Part shown: positions 1 through 7,126 of the stretch, in pieces
Layout of the letters: each line of letters opens with the position of its first letter
Numbering within the stretch: position 1 is the first letter of the stretch
DNA from: Candidatus Zixiibacteriota bacterium
GTDB lineage: Bacteria > Zixibacteria > MSB-5A5 > GN15 > FEB-12
DNA length: 40,135 nt
NCBI GenBank assembly: GCA_041742355.1
Contig: JBGSIV010000098.1
Location: forward strand, 1-40,135
Direction: 5' to 3'
The notes under the pieces: generated by a model
Seen by the model: only the letters and a program-made list of their open reading frames with translations
Database searches by the model: none
Told to the model about the DNA's origin: nothing
Made by a program: the position numbers and the translations under genes

Positions 1-1
1 G

Positions 2-130
2 GATGTAGCTCTTGAGGCTCTACGTGATTGCTATCGTTCGCGTAAGTGCACTATGGATGATCTTTGGAAATATGGCAAAATCTGCAGAGTCGGGAACATC
101 ATGAAACCGTACCTTGAGTCCCTCACATGA
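2..130 (+). CDS. abiEi: AbiEi-family type IV antitoxin / transcriptional regulator, C-terminal fragment (5' truncated by window)
   Basis: Frame 2 reads DVALEALRDCYRSRKCTMDDLWKYGKICRVGNIMKPYLESLT*, a typical AbiEi C-terminus (DVALEAL...PYLE). Its stop overlaps the next start (ATGA, 127-130). Confidence 0.8.
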   Translation, partial: DVALEALRDCYRSRKCTMDDLWKYGKICRVGNIMKPYLESLT

Positions 131-1041
131 GCAAGCGGAATCCAGAACACATTGATGTATCCGTGCATCAGCGCCTGCTGAATCTCAGCCGGGAGCGGAA
201 AGAAGACTTCAATTTAATCCTGACGAGATATGCTGTCGAGAGATTCCTCTACCGGCTGTCCTGTTCACAATACGCAGATGAGTTTGTCCTGAAGGGGGCT
301 ATGCTACTAACCGTTTGGATGGGCCAATCGCATCGGCCGACCCGTGACCTGGATTTGCTCGGGTTTGGAGAATCTTCGGAGGAGGCCCTTAGGAAGATGT
401 TTGAGGAAATCTGTCGGGTTGAGGTCGAAAGAGATGGGCTTGTATTTGATCCGAGCAGTATAGGCATAGAGGAAATTCGTGGCGATCAGGAATACTCCGG
501 ACGACGGGTGAAGTTAGTTGGCAGATTGGGAAACGCCAAGACAAGAATCCAGATTGATGTCGGCTTTGGAGATGTCGTGACCCCAAAGGCCCTACCAGTA
601 GAGTATCCGGTTCTTCTCGATTTTCCGGCTCCCCGAATACGAGCTTACCCCATGGAGACGTTGATCGCGGAGAAGTTTCAGGCAATGGTCGCCCTGGGTA
701 TGGCCAACAGTCGCATGAAGGACTACTATGACATCTATGTTCTGTCAAAGACCTTTTCTTTCGATGGTTATAATCTGGTTTCGGCGATCACGGCCACTTT
801 CATGCGCCGAGACACACCGATTCCAAGCGATATACCTCTCGCATTGAGTGGTGAATTCGCGATGAGCAAGGATAAGGTCAGTCAGTGGAGAGCATTCACA
901 GATCGAAGCGGCCTTACAGACCTTGACGTCGATTTAGCTCAAATCATCAAAGAGCTGAGGGGCTTCTTACTTGGACCACTTCAGGCGGCCGCCTCTGGGC
1001 ACGCATTCAAGCGACAATGGACTGACGGCAGTTGGGGTTAG
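127..1041 (+). CDS. abiEii: AbiEii/AbiGii-family nucleotidyltransferase toxin (type IV TA / abortive infection)
   Basis: Motifs ERFLYRL, FVLKGAMLL, RPTRDLD, IAEK and SRMKDYYD; translationally coupled to the upstream AbiEi-like gene. Confidence 0.9.
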   Translation: MSKRNPEHIDVSVHQRLLNLSRERKEDFNLILTRYAVERFLYRLSCSQYADEFVLKGAMLLTVWMGQSHRPTRDLDLLGFGESSEEALRKMFEEICRVEVERDGLVFDPSSIGIEEIRGDQEYSGRRVKLVGRLGNAKTRIQIDVGFGDVVTPKALPVEYPVLLDFPAPRIRAYPMETLIAEKFQAMVALGMANSRMKDYYDIYVLSKTFSFDGYNLVSAITATFMRRDTPIPSDIPLALSGEFAMSKDKVSQWRAFTDRSGLTDLDVDLAQIIKELRGFLLGPLQAAASGHAFKRQWTDGSWG

Positions 1042-1054
1042 AGACAGTAATTTC

Positions 1055-3493
1055 ATGCAAGATGAAGACGAAAAGGATTTGTCGCGCAAGCTTCGCGATC
1101 TGCAGGAGGAAAACGAACGTCTTCGTATCGAAAACAAGACACTGAAGAAGGTTATCGCATCCTTTTCCGTCAAGCCGGCATCTTCTCTTCATTGTCAAAC
1201 GCCGTCCAGTGGTACGCTACCTGTCCCCGATGATGCAAGTGAAATCGCGCCAAGAGCGAAAATCGAGAAGGTACGGCTATTCCGAGATTTGTTCCGAGGG
1301 CGCGACGATGTATTCGCCATCCGCTGGGAAAACAGATCAGGGAAGTCCGGCTATGCTCCGGCCTGTGCCAATGAATGGGATCCGGTGTTATGCCGAAAAC
1401 CGTGTTCAAAATGCCCCAATAGCAATTACCTGCCACTTAGAGACTCAGTGATCGAAGAGCATCTCGCCGGAAAGAAGACAGTCGGGATATACCCTCTACT
1501 GACCGATGAGACATGTTACTTGTTGGCTGCGGATTTCGATAAAGCGTCCTGGCAGGATGATGTAATCGGGTTTCTACGGGCCTGTGGGGACATGGGTGTC
1601 CCTGCGGCTCTGGAACGGTCTCGATCCGGACAAGGGGCTCACATTTGGATCTTCTTCTCGGCGACAATACCGGCATTCCTGGCGCGCAAACTCGGCAGTG
1701 CCGTTTTGACGAATGCTCTTTCAACAAGACATGAGATTGGAATGGACTCATACGATCGCTTCTTTCCCAGTCAGGACACTATGCCCAAAGGAGGCTTCGG
1801 AAATCTGATAGCATTGCCGCTTCAAAGCATTCCAAGTGAGAAGGGCAATTCCGTATTTCTTGATGCTGATTTGAGGCCTTATCCGGATCAATGGGAGTAT
1901 CTGGCATCCATTAAGAGAATCAACCCAGATGAAGTGAAGTACATCGTCAAAGACTCTGAAAGGTCGAACTCGGTGATTGGAGTTCGCGCCGTAAAGTATG
2001 ATGATCTCGCTCAAGATGATCCGTGGACGCTGACTCCCTCGAAGCAATTTCCTGAACTGGAATTCAAGGGTCCCTTTCGCAAGAGCCTGTCAATTGTGTA
2101 TAGCAATCTTCTATATATAGAGAAAGCAGAGCTGTCTCCGCAGTCGACCAGCAGGTTAGTTCGACTGGCTGCTTTTCAGAATCCGGAATTCTATCGTGCA
2201 CAGGCCATGCGTCTTTCCACATTTGGAAAACCTCGCATAATTAACTGTGCAGAAGAATTCCCGAAACACATCGGTCTTCCAAGAGGCTGCCTGGATGAAG
2301 TCGGGGATCTTCTCAATTCCTGCAATGTCGGTTTGAAGCTGGAAGACAGACGATTCTCCGGGAAGCCAATCGTTATATCCTTTGAGGGCAAATTGCAGGA
2401 CAGGCAGGTTGATGCCGCTTCGACAATGCTTATGAGTGAAATAGGTGTGTTGGCGGCGACTACCGGGTTTGGCAAGACCGCAATTGCCTCCTGGCTGATT
2501 GGCCAACGAAAAGTAAACACGTTGATATTGGTTCACCGGCGTATACTCATGGATCAGTGGCGGGAACGGCTGGGCCTGTTTCTGAATATTCCGCCAGAAG
2601 AGATAGGACTTTACGGCGGCGGAAAGAGGAAGTTAACCGGCGTAGTTGACGTTGCCGTGATTCAGAGCCTTCAGAAAAAGGGGAAAGTTCTCGATTTGGT
2701 GGCCGACTACGGGCAGGTGATAGTCGATGAGTGCCATCACGTATCTGCCTTCAGTTTCGAACAGGTACTCAAGCAGGTTAAGGCACGTTATGTTGTCGGC
2801 CTGACCGCCACTCCGACCAGAAGAGATGGACATCATCCTATTATTATCATGCAGTGTGGTCCAATTAGGGCAAGAGTTGATGGCAGAGCCTTGGCGCTTG
2901 AACGGCCCTTCGAACATATTGTACTTCTGAGGGTGACCTCCTTCAGGATTCCAGAGTCTGTGGCGGAGCCGACAATTCAGGAGTTGTATGCCGCGCTAAC
3001 GCATGATCACGAACGAAACGTTCAAATCACCCAACAGGTTCTTGTCTCTGTGGCAAACGGCCGGTCTCCGCTGGTTCTGACAGAAAGGACTGAGCACCTC
3101 AAGATCCTGTCGGAGATGCTGAGAGACTCAGTTGAGAATATAGTCATACTGAAGGGAGGAATGGGAAAGAAGCAACGTGAGGCAGTATCCGAGCAGCTGA
3201 AGTCAATTCCCGATAATGTGAAGCGAGTTATCCTGGCGACAGGCAGACATATTGGTGAGGGGTTCGATGACGCCCGCCTGGATACATTGTTTCTGTCATT
3301 GCCGATTTCCTGGCGTGGGACGTTACAGCAGTATGCTGGGCGCTTGCACCGCTTACAGGACAACAAAACCGAAGTGCGGGTCTATGATTTCGTCGACAGG
3401 CATGTTCCCATGCTTGTTCGAATGTATCGAAAGAGGCTCGCTGGATACCGTGCTATGGGCTACTCGATCAACGAAGAGGTTGTCATTCCATGA
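1055..3493 (+). CDS. AEP-type primase domain (TOTE-conflict-system-like) fused to an SF2 (ResIII/XPB-like) DEAD/DEAH helicase
   Basis: N-terminal coiled coil, then LFRGRDDVFA, a Cys cluster (C-NEW..C..PC..C), catalytic-type ADFD, ERSRSGQGAH and GNLIALPLQ. C-terminal half has TGFGKT, DECH, TAT, GEGFD and QYAGRLHR. Start placed at ATG 1055, 13 nt after the abiEii stop. Confidence 0.85.
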   Translation: MQDEDEKDLSRKLRDLQEENERLRIENKTLKKVIASFSVKPASSLHCQTPSSGTLPVPDDASEIAPRAKIEKVRLFRDLFRGRDDVFAIRWENRSGKSGYAPACANEWDPVLCRKPCSKCPNSNYLPLRDSVIEEHLAGKKTVGIYPLLTDETCYLLAADFDKASWQDDVIGFLRACGDMGVPAALERSRSGQGAHIWIFFSATIPAFLARKLGSAVLTNALSTRHEIGMDSYDRFFPSQDTMPKGGFGNLIALPLQSIPSEKGNSVFLDADLRPYPDQWEYLASIKRINPDEVKYIVKDSERSNSVIGVRAVKYDDLAQDDPWTLTPSKQFPELEFKGPFRKSLSIVYSNLLYIEKAELSPQSTSRLVRLAAFQNPEFYRAQAMRLSTFGKPRIINCAEEFPKHIGLPRGCLDEVGDLLNSCNVGLKLEDRRFSGKPIVISFEGKLQDRQVDAASTMLMSEIGVLAATTGFGKTAIASWLIGQRKVNTLILVHRRILMDQWRERLGLFLNIPPEEIGLYGGGKRKLTGVVDVAVIQSLQKKGKVLDLVADYGQVIVDECHHVSAFSFEQVLKQVKARYVVGLTATPTRRDGHHPIIIMQCGPIRARVDGRALALERPFEHIVLLRVTSFRIPESVAEPTIQELYAALTHDHERNVQITQQVLVSVANGRSPLVLTERTEHLKILSEMLRDSVENIVILKGGMGKKQREAVSEQLKSIPDNVKRVILATGRHIGEGFDDARLDTLFLSLPISWRGTLQQYAGRLHRLQDNKTEVRVYDFVDRHVPMLVRMYRKRLAGYRAMGYSINEEVVIP

Positions 3494-3534
3494 ATAAGCA
3501 CTCCAGAACCTCACGATACTGGCTCAGAAAAAGC

Positions 3535-3553
3535 GTCACAATTTGGTCACAAT
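3535..3553 (+). repeat. GTCACAAT direct repeat x2 (11-bp period), putative integrase arm-type binding sites
   Basis: gtcacaat-ttg-gtcacaat lies about 30 bp inside the att fragment. Confidence 0.45.
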
Positions 3554-3584
3554 GACCCGTAAGTCCTTGTGCCACATAGCGAGT

Positions 3585-3613
3585 CGGGGGTTCGATTCCC
3601 CCCACCTCCACCA
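3585..3613 (+). other. ssrA: 3'-terminal fragment of tmRNA (T-arm, acceptor 3' strand, CCA); attachment-site duplication
   Basis: GGGGG-TTCGATT-CCCCC-CACCTCC-A-CCA gives a perfect T stem-loop, discriminator A, and U70 implying a G3:U70 pair with a GGGGGTG 5' end. No 5' half is present upstream. A tRNA-Ala fragment is a less likely alternative. Confidence 0.75.
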
Positions 3614-3710
3614 TATTTGCCTCCACGACCATTGCCAATCGCGTATATTCCATTTACAGAGTATCCTGCTGCCATGAGATGGTCATTGCACCTATGACTG
3701 CTGTGAGCCT

Positions 3711-4352
3711 ATGAGACCCCGAGCATACTTCCTCCCCGGCTACGCCTGTACGGCGGATATCTGGCGGCCGTGTGCTGCATCCCTCGCCGACCGATTGGAT
3801 ACCGTTGCCCTTTCCTGGCCGGCTGACCTGACCCTGGACTTTCACACGGTCAGCCATTTCAGCAACTGGCTGCAGGAGGAGATACATCTGGCGCCGGCGG
3901 ACACACTGATAGGCCACAGCCTGGGTGGGCTGGTCGCACTGGAGGTTGCGGGAAGATCCGATCTTGCGGGTTTGCGCGTGGTTCTCGTCGAATCTTTCCT
4001 CACACCGCCGCATTCGATTTTCAAGAACCTGCTGATGCCATCCGCGCCATCAGTCCTATCCGCCGAAGTGAATAACATGCTCGATCGGGAACGGCCGAAG
4101 TACTCAACGGCACTTCGGGAGCAACTGGCATCACTGGATCTGAGTGACGCCGCGCAGCGGTCTGCAGCGCGGATTGACGATCTGTATGGCGACCGGGGAC
4201 GCAGCGCTTCTGAAGTGATCGACGCACTTGGATGGTCCGAGCGGCTCAAGGGCCGGGTCAACGTTCATACCGTACCGAACGCCTGCCACTTCCCCATGCT
4301 GGAGCAGCCTGTCAGCACCACGCATATCATTCGCTCAGTACTGGATGCGTAG
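3711..4352 (+). CDS. Alpha/beta-fold hydrolase (compact)
   Basis: FLPGY oxyanion loop, GHSLGG nucleophile elbow, C-terminal HFPMLEQP. Confidence 0.8.
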   Translation: MRPRAYFLPGYACTADIWRPCAASLADRLDTVALSWPADLTLDFHTVSHFSNWLQEEIHLAPADTLIGHSLGGLVALEVAGRSDLAGLRVVLVESFLTPPHSIFKNLLMPSAPSVLSAEVNNMLDRERPKYSTALREQLASLDLSDAAQRSAARIDDLYGDRGRSASEVIDALGWSERLKGRVNVHTVPNACHFPMLEQPVSTTHIIRSVLDA

Positions 4353-4664
4353 TACGGGGCCACCCAACCGACCGAAATCGCTACGGTTTTGTCACCTGGG
4401 AAATAGGCATACGCGCAGCTCGAACGTCTGGCCCTGGGACGGTAACCGAAGTTCCTCGATGATCCCACCCTGCGACAGAAGGCCCGCGGTGGAGACCCGG
4501 CTGCGGGAGACCGATGTGGAGTCTGCATCTATGCGTCCAAAGGGCCGCCTGCCGACTTCTGCGCCTCGGGGGATTCCTTCTCTTCGCTGTCAATTGGCTC
4601 TTCTATTCCCCTGCAAAGTGGCGTATCTTGCACCAAAACAACCCATATTATAGGTGACCTCCGC

Positions 4665-5714
4665 ATGTACAACTCCAAAGCCTACGCTGCCGCCAGCGCC
4701 ACGTCCGCTTTAGCCTCCCACACCATTTGCCGGCACCACCCCACTGATCGCGACGTCCAGATTGAGATCCTCTTCTGCGGCGTCTGCCACTCCGACCTCC
4801 ATTCGGTTCGCAACGAGTGGGGTGGCACAGTCTATCCGATCGTGCCCGGCCACGAAATCGTCGGCCGCGTCACGAAAGTCGGTCCGCAGGTGAAGAAGTT
4901 CAAACCGGGCGATCTTGCCGCAGTGGGTTGCCTGGTCGGCTCGGACCGCTCGTGTCCCGAGTGCCAGGCCGGGCTCGAGCAGTATTGCTCGAACGTCGTT
5001 ATGACGTATAATTCCCCCGACGAGCACACCGGAGAACGGACCTACGGCGGCTACTCCGAAAGTATTGTAGTCGACGAGCACTTCGTGCTTTGGGTGCCCG
5101 CCAACCTCGATCTCGCCGGCGCCGCTCCGCTGCTCTGCGCGGGGATCACGACTTACTCCCCGCTGCGGCATTGGGGGATCACCAAAGGCAAAAAGGTTGG
5201 TGTTGTCGGCCTCGGCGGGCTGGGTCACATGGGGGTGAAACTCGCCCACGCGCTCGGCGCCCATGTCGTTGTCTTTACCACCACGGCCGGCAAGACGGAG
5301 GATGCCCGTCGCCTCGGGGCCGATGAGGTCGTCATTTCGCGCAACAGCAACGAGATGCAGAAGCACGCGGGGAGTTTCGATTTCATCCTCGACACCGTTT
5401 CCGCCGACCATGATATCAACAGCTACCTCAGCCTGCTTCGCCGCGACGGCAACCTCACGCTGGTCGGCGCTCCCGAGAAGCCTTTGCAGGTTGCGGCGTT
5501 CCCTCTCATTCTCAAGCGGCGGAGCTTCTCCGGTTCGCTGATCGGCGGCATTGCCGAGACACAGGAGATGCTCGATTTCTGCGGCAAGCACAATATCACC
5601 GCTGATGTCGAGGTCATTCCTATCCAGAAGATCAATGAGGCGTACGAGCGGATGCTCAAGTCGGATGTGAAGTACCGGTTTTCGATCGATATGGCTTCGC
5701 TCAAGAACGAGTAG
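4665..5714 (+). CDS. Zn-dependent NAD(P)-dependent alcohol dehydrogenase (cinnamyl-ADH-like)
   Basis: CGVCHSD, GHEIVG, structural-Zn Cys cluster, APLLCAGITTYSPL, GLGGLG, DVKYRF. Confidence 0.95.
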   Translation: MYNSKAYAAASATSALASHTICRHHPTDRDVQIEILFCGVCHSDLHSVRNEWGGTVYPIVPGHEIVGRVTKVGPQVKKFKPGDLAAVGCLVGSDRSCPECQAGLEQYCSNVVMTYNSPDEHTGERTYGGYSESIVVDEHFVLWVPANLDLAGAAPLLCAGITTYSPLRHWGITKGKKVGVVGLGGLGHMGVKLAHALGAHVVVFTTTAGKTEDARRLGADEVVISRNSNEMQKHAGSFDFILDTVSADHDINSYLSLLRRDGNLTLVGAPEKPLQVAAFPLILKRRSFSGSLIGGIAETQEMLDFCGKHNITADVEVIPIQKINEAYERMLKSDVKYRFSIDMASLKNE

Positions 5715-5923
5715 TTCTTTGGGGCGCAGGGTCGCCGGTCGATCCATGCGTCGCCGCGGTTGATGACAACCGGCCATGTCGTTCCTGGCGTGGCCGGTTC
5801 GTATTCTTGGTTCGAACATCCTCCTCACGGTTGTTGTTGCCGTCAACTGCCCAGTCGGGCTTCTTTCAGCATGAAGCGGTTCGCAAAGATCAGGCCCGGG
5901 ATCGGGCAGTTGGGAGACTTGCT

Positions 5924-6562
5924 GTGACGATTACCATCATCTATGACAACGAAACCCGGCGCGCGGACCTTCGTCCCGACTGGGGGTTCTCGTGTCTTAT
6001 CGAGGCGCACGGGACACGGATGCTGTTCGACACCGGGACCGACGGGGCGCTGCTGCTTGAGAATATGGCCCAACTCGGCATAGATCCGGGCTCTATCGAC
6101 GAGCTCTTCCTCTCGCACGTGCATTTTGACCACATTGGCGGGTTGTCCGCATTCCTGAGTGTGAACGGCCACGCCCGGATATACGCGCCGTCGAGTTTAC
6201 GGGGGATCAGGCCGGCGCGGGAGGTTGTGTACATCGACGAGGCCCGCCCGTTGCACCCTCACTTTCACACCACCGGGTTACTCCAAGGAGTTGAGCAGTC
6301 CCTGATTGTGGAGGAAGAGCAGGGGTTGGTGGTCGTCGCCGGATGTTCGCATCCCGGTGTGGGAGCTATCCTGAACAAGGCGGAAGAGATCGGTCGACCG
6401 TATGCGCTGGTCGGCGGTCTGCATGGATTCGATGAGCTGGATGTGCTCAGTCAATTGCAGTTCGTATGCCCAACACACTGCACGCAGAAGATCGCGGAGA
6501 TACGCACAAGGTATCCTGACAAGTACATTTCGGGCGGAGCGGGGGCTGTTCTGCAGATCTGA
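5924..6562 (+). CDS. MBL-fold metallo-hydrolase (COG1237-like)
   Basis: WGFSCLIE, LFDTG, SHVHFDHIGGL (HxHxDH), GCSHPG, GGLH, PTHCT; GTG start after GGGAG. Confidence 0.88.
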   Translation: MTITIIYDNETRRADLRPDWGFSCLIEAHGTRMLFDTGTDGALLLENMAQLGIDPGSIDELFLSHVHFDHIGGLSAFLSVNGHARIYAPSSLRGIRPAREVVYIDEARPLHPHFHTTGLLQGVEQSLIVEEEQGLVVVAGCSHPGVGAILNKAEEIGRPYALVGGLHGFDELDVLSQLQFVCPTHCTQKIAEIRTRYPDKYISGGAGAVLQI

Positions 6563-6638
6563 GGGGTGCTTGACTGCAATGGGTGTTTCCCGGCGACCAG
6601 GAATTAAGCAGGTGTAGGTGTGGGTCCGCCCGTGGAGA

Positions 6639-6944
6639 TTACAGCGGATCGACGGCGCCGCTTTCTTCGGTCGCCACGCGCGGCCGATGAGCGCCGGTGG
6701 CAATGGGGCTATCGGGAGACTCCTTGCTGCGTTTCCGGCCGAGTTTCTGCCTGACCCTGTCCAACAATCGTTTTGCCCAGGCAAATTCGATTGAGAGTAT
6801 GGCCAGACCGGCCGGTATGACCAGCACTGCCGGTCCCGGCAGCACGATGAGCACAATGCCCAGCGCCAGGACGGTGAAACCGACAACCGCGATAGTCAGG
6901 CGGCGTACCCGTCTGAGTGTCCGGATCATCATTGTCATTGTCAT
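6639..6944 (-). CDS. PGPGW-domain small membrane protein
   Basis: VVGFTVLALGIVLIVLPGPAVLVIPAGLAILSIEFAWA matches the PGPGW family pattern; start uncertain among four clustered ATGs. Confidence 0.8.
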   Translation of the reverse strand: MTMTMMIRTLRRVRRLTIAVVGFTVLALGIVLIVLPGPAVLVIPAGLAILSIEFAWAKRLLDRVRQKLGRKRSKESPDSPIATGAHRPRVATEESGAVDPL

Positions 6945-7031
6945 TACTGCATGATAACGACGAGGCAGTGATCCGGTTCCATCAGAACAGCAGGCCTGCG
7001 AGCGCCGTGCTCGTCAGGAGACGATAATGAA

Positions 7032-7060
7032 CTGCCCGGCCCCAGGTTAGGGCCGGGCAG
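7032..7060 (-). terminator. Intrinsic terminator-like hairpin downstream of the S9 peptidase
   Basis: 11-bp perfect inverted repeat ctgcccggccc/gggccgggcag with 7-nt loop; weak T-rich tail on the minus strand. Confidence 0.55.
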
Positions 7061-7126
7061 GAAAAGATCGGATTTGGCGCTGTCAGAGGCAACGGCCCGG
7101 CTGTGAGTAGCCCGCACAATCAAGGG

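Larger units (their letters stand above)
1..3613. mobile_element. Right end of an integrative genomic (defence) island bounded by a tmRNA/tRNA 3' duplication
   Basis: GC is about 50% by eye versus more than 60% in most of the window; defence-type cargo; ends at a 3' tmRNA-like fragment preceded by short direct repeats. No integrase is in the window. Confidence 0.7.

Noticed and set aside
971..1054. Longer ORF-track start for the primase-helicase, and similar extensions for tkt (34060), the OsmC-like gene (37880), VOC (35258) and the LRR gene (12227)
   Set aside because: The extensions overlap neighbouring genes or promoters; downstream starts have better RBS or coupling.
3690..4480. Integron cassette around the first alpha/beta hydrolase (no RBS, ACCCAAC after the stop)
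   Set aside because: No complementary GTTRRRY or attC-like palindrome follows.
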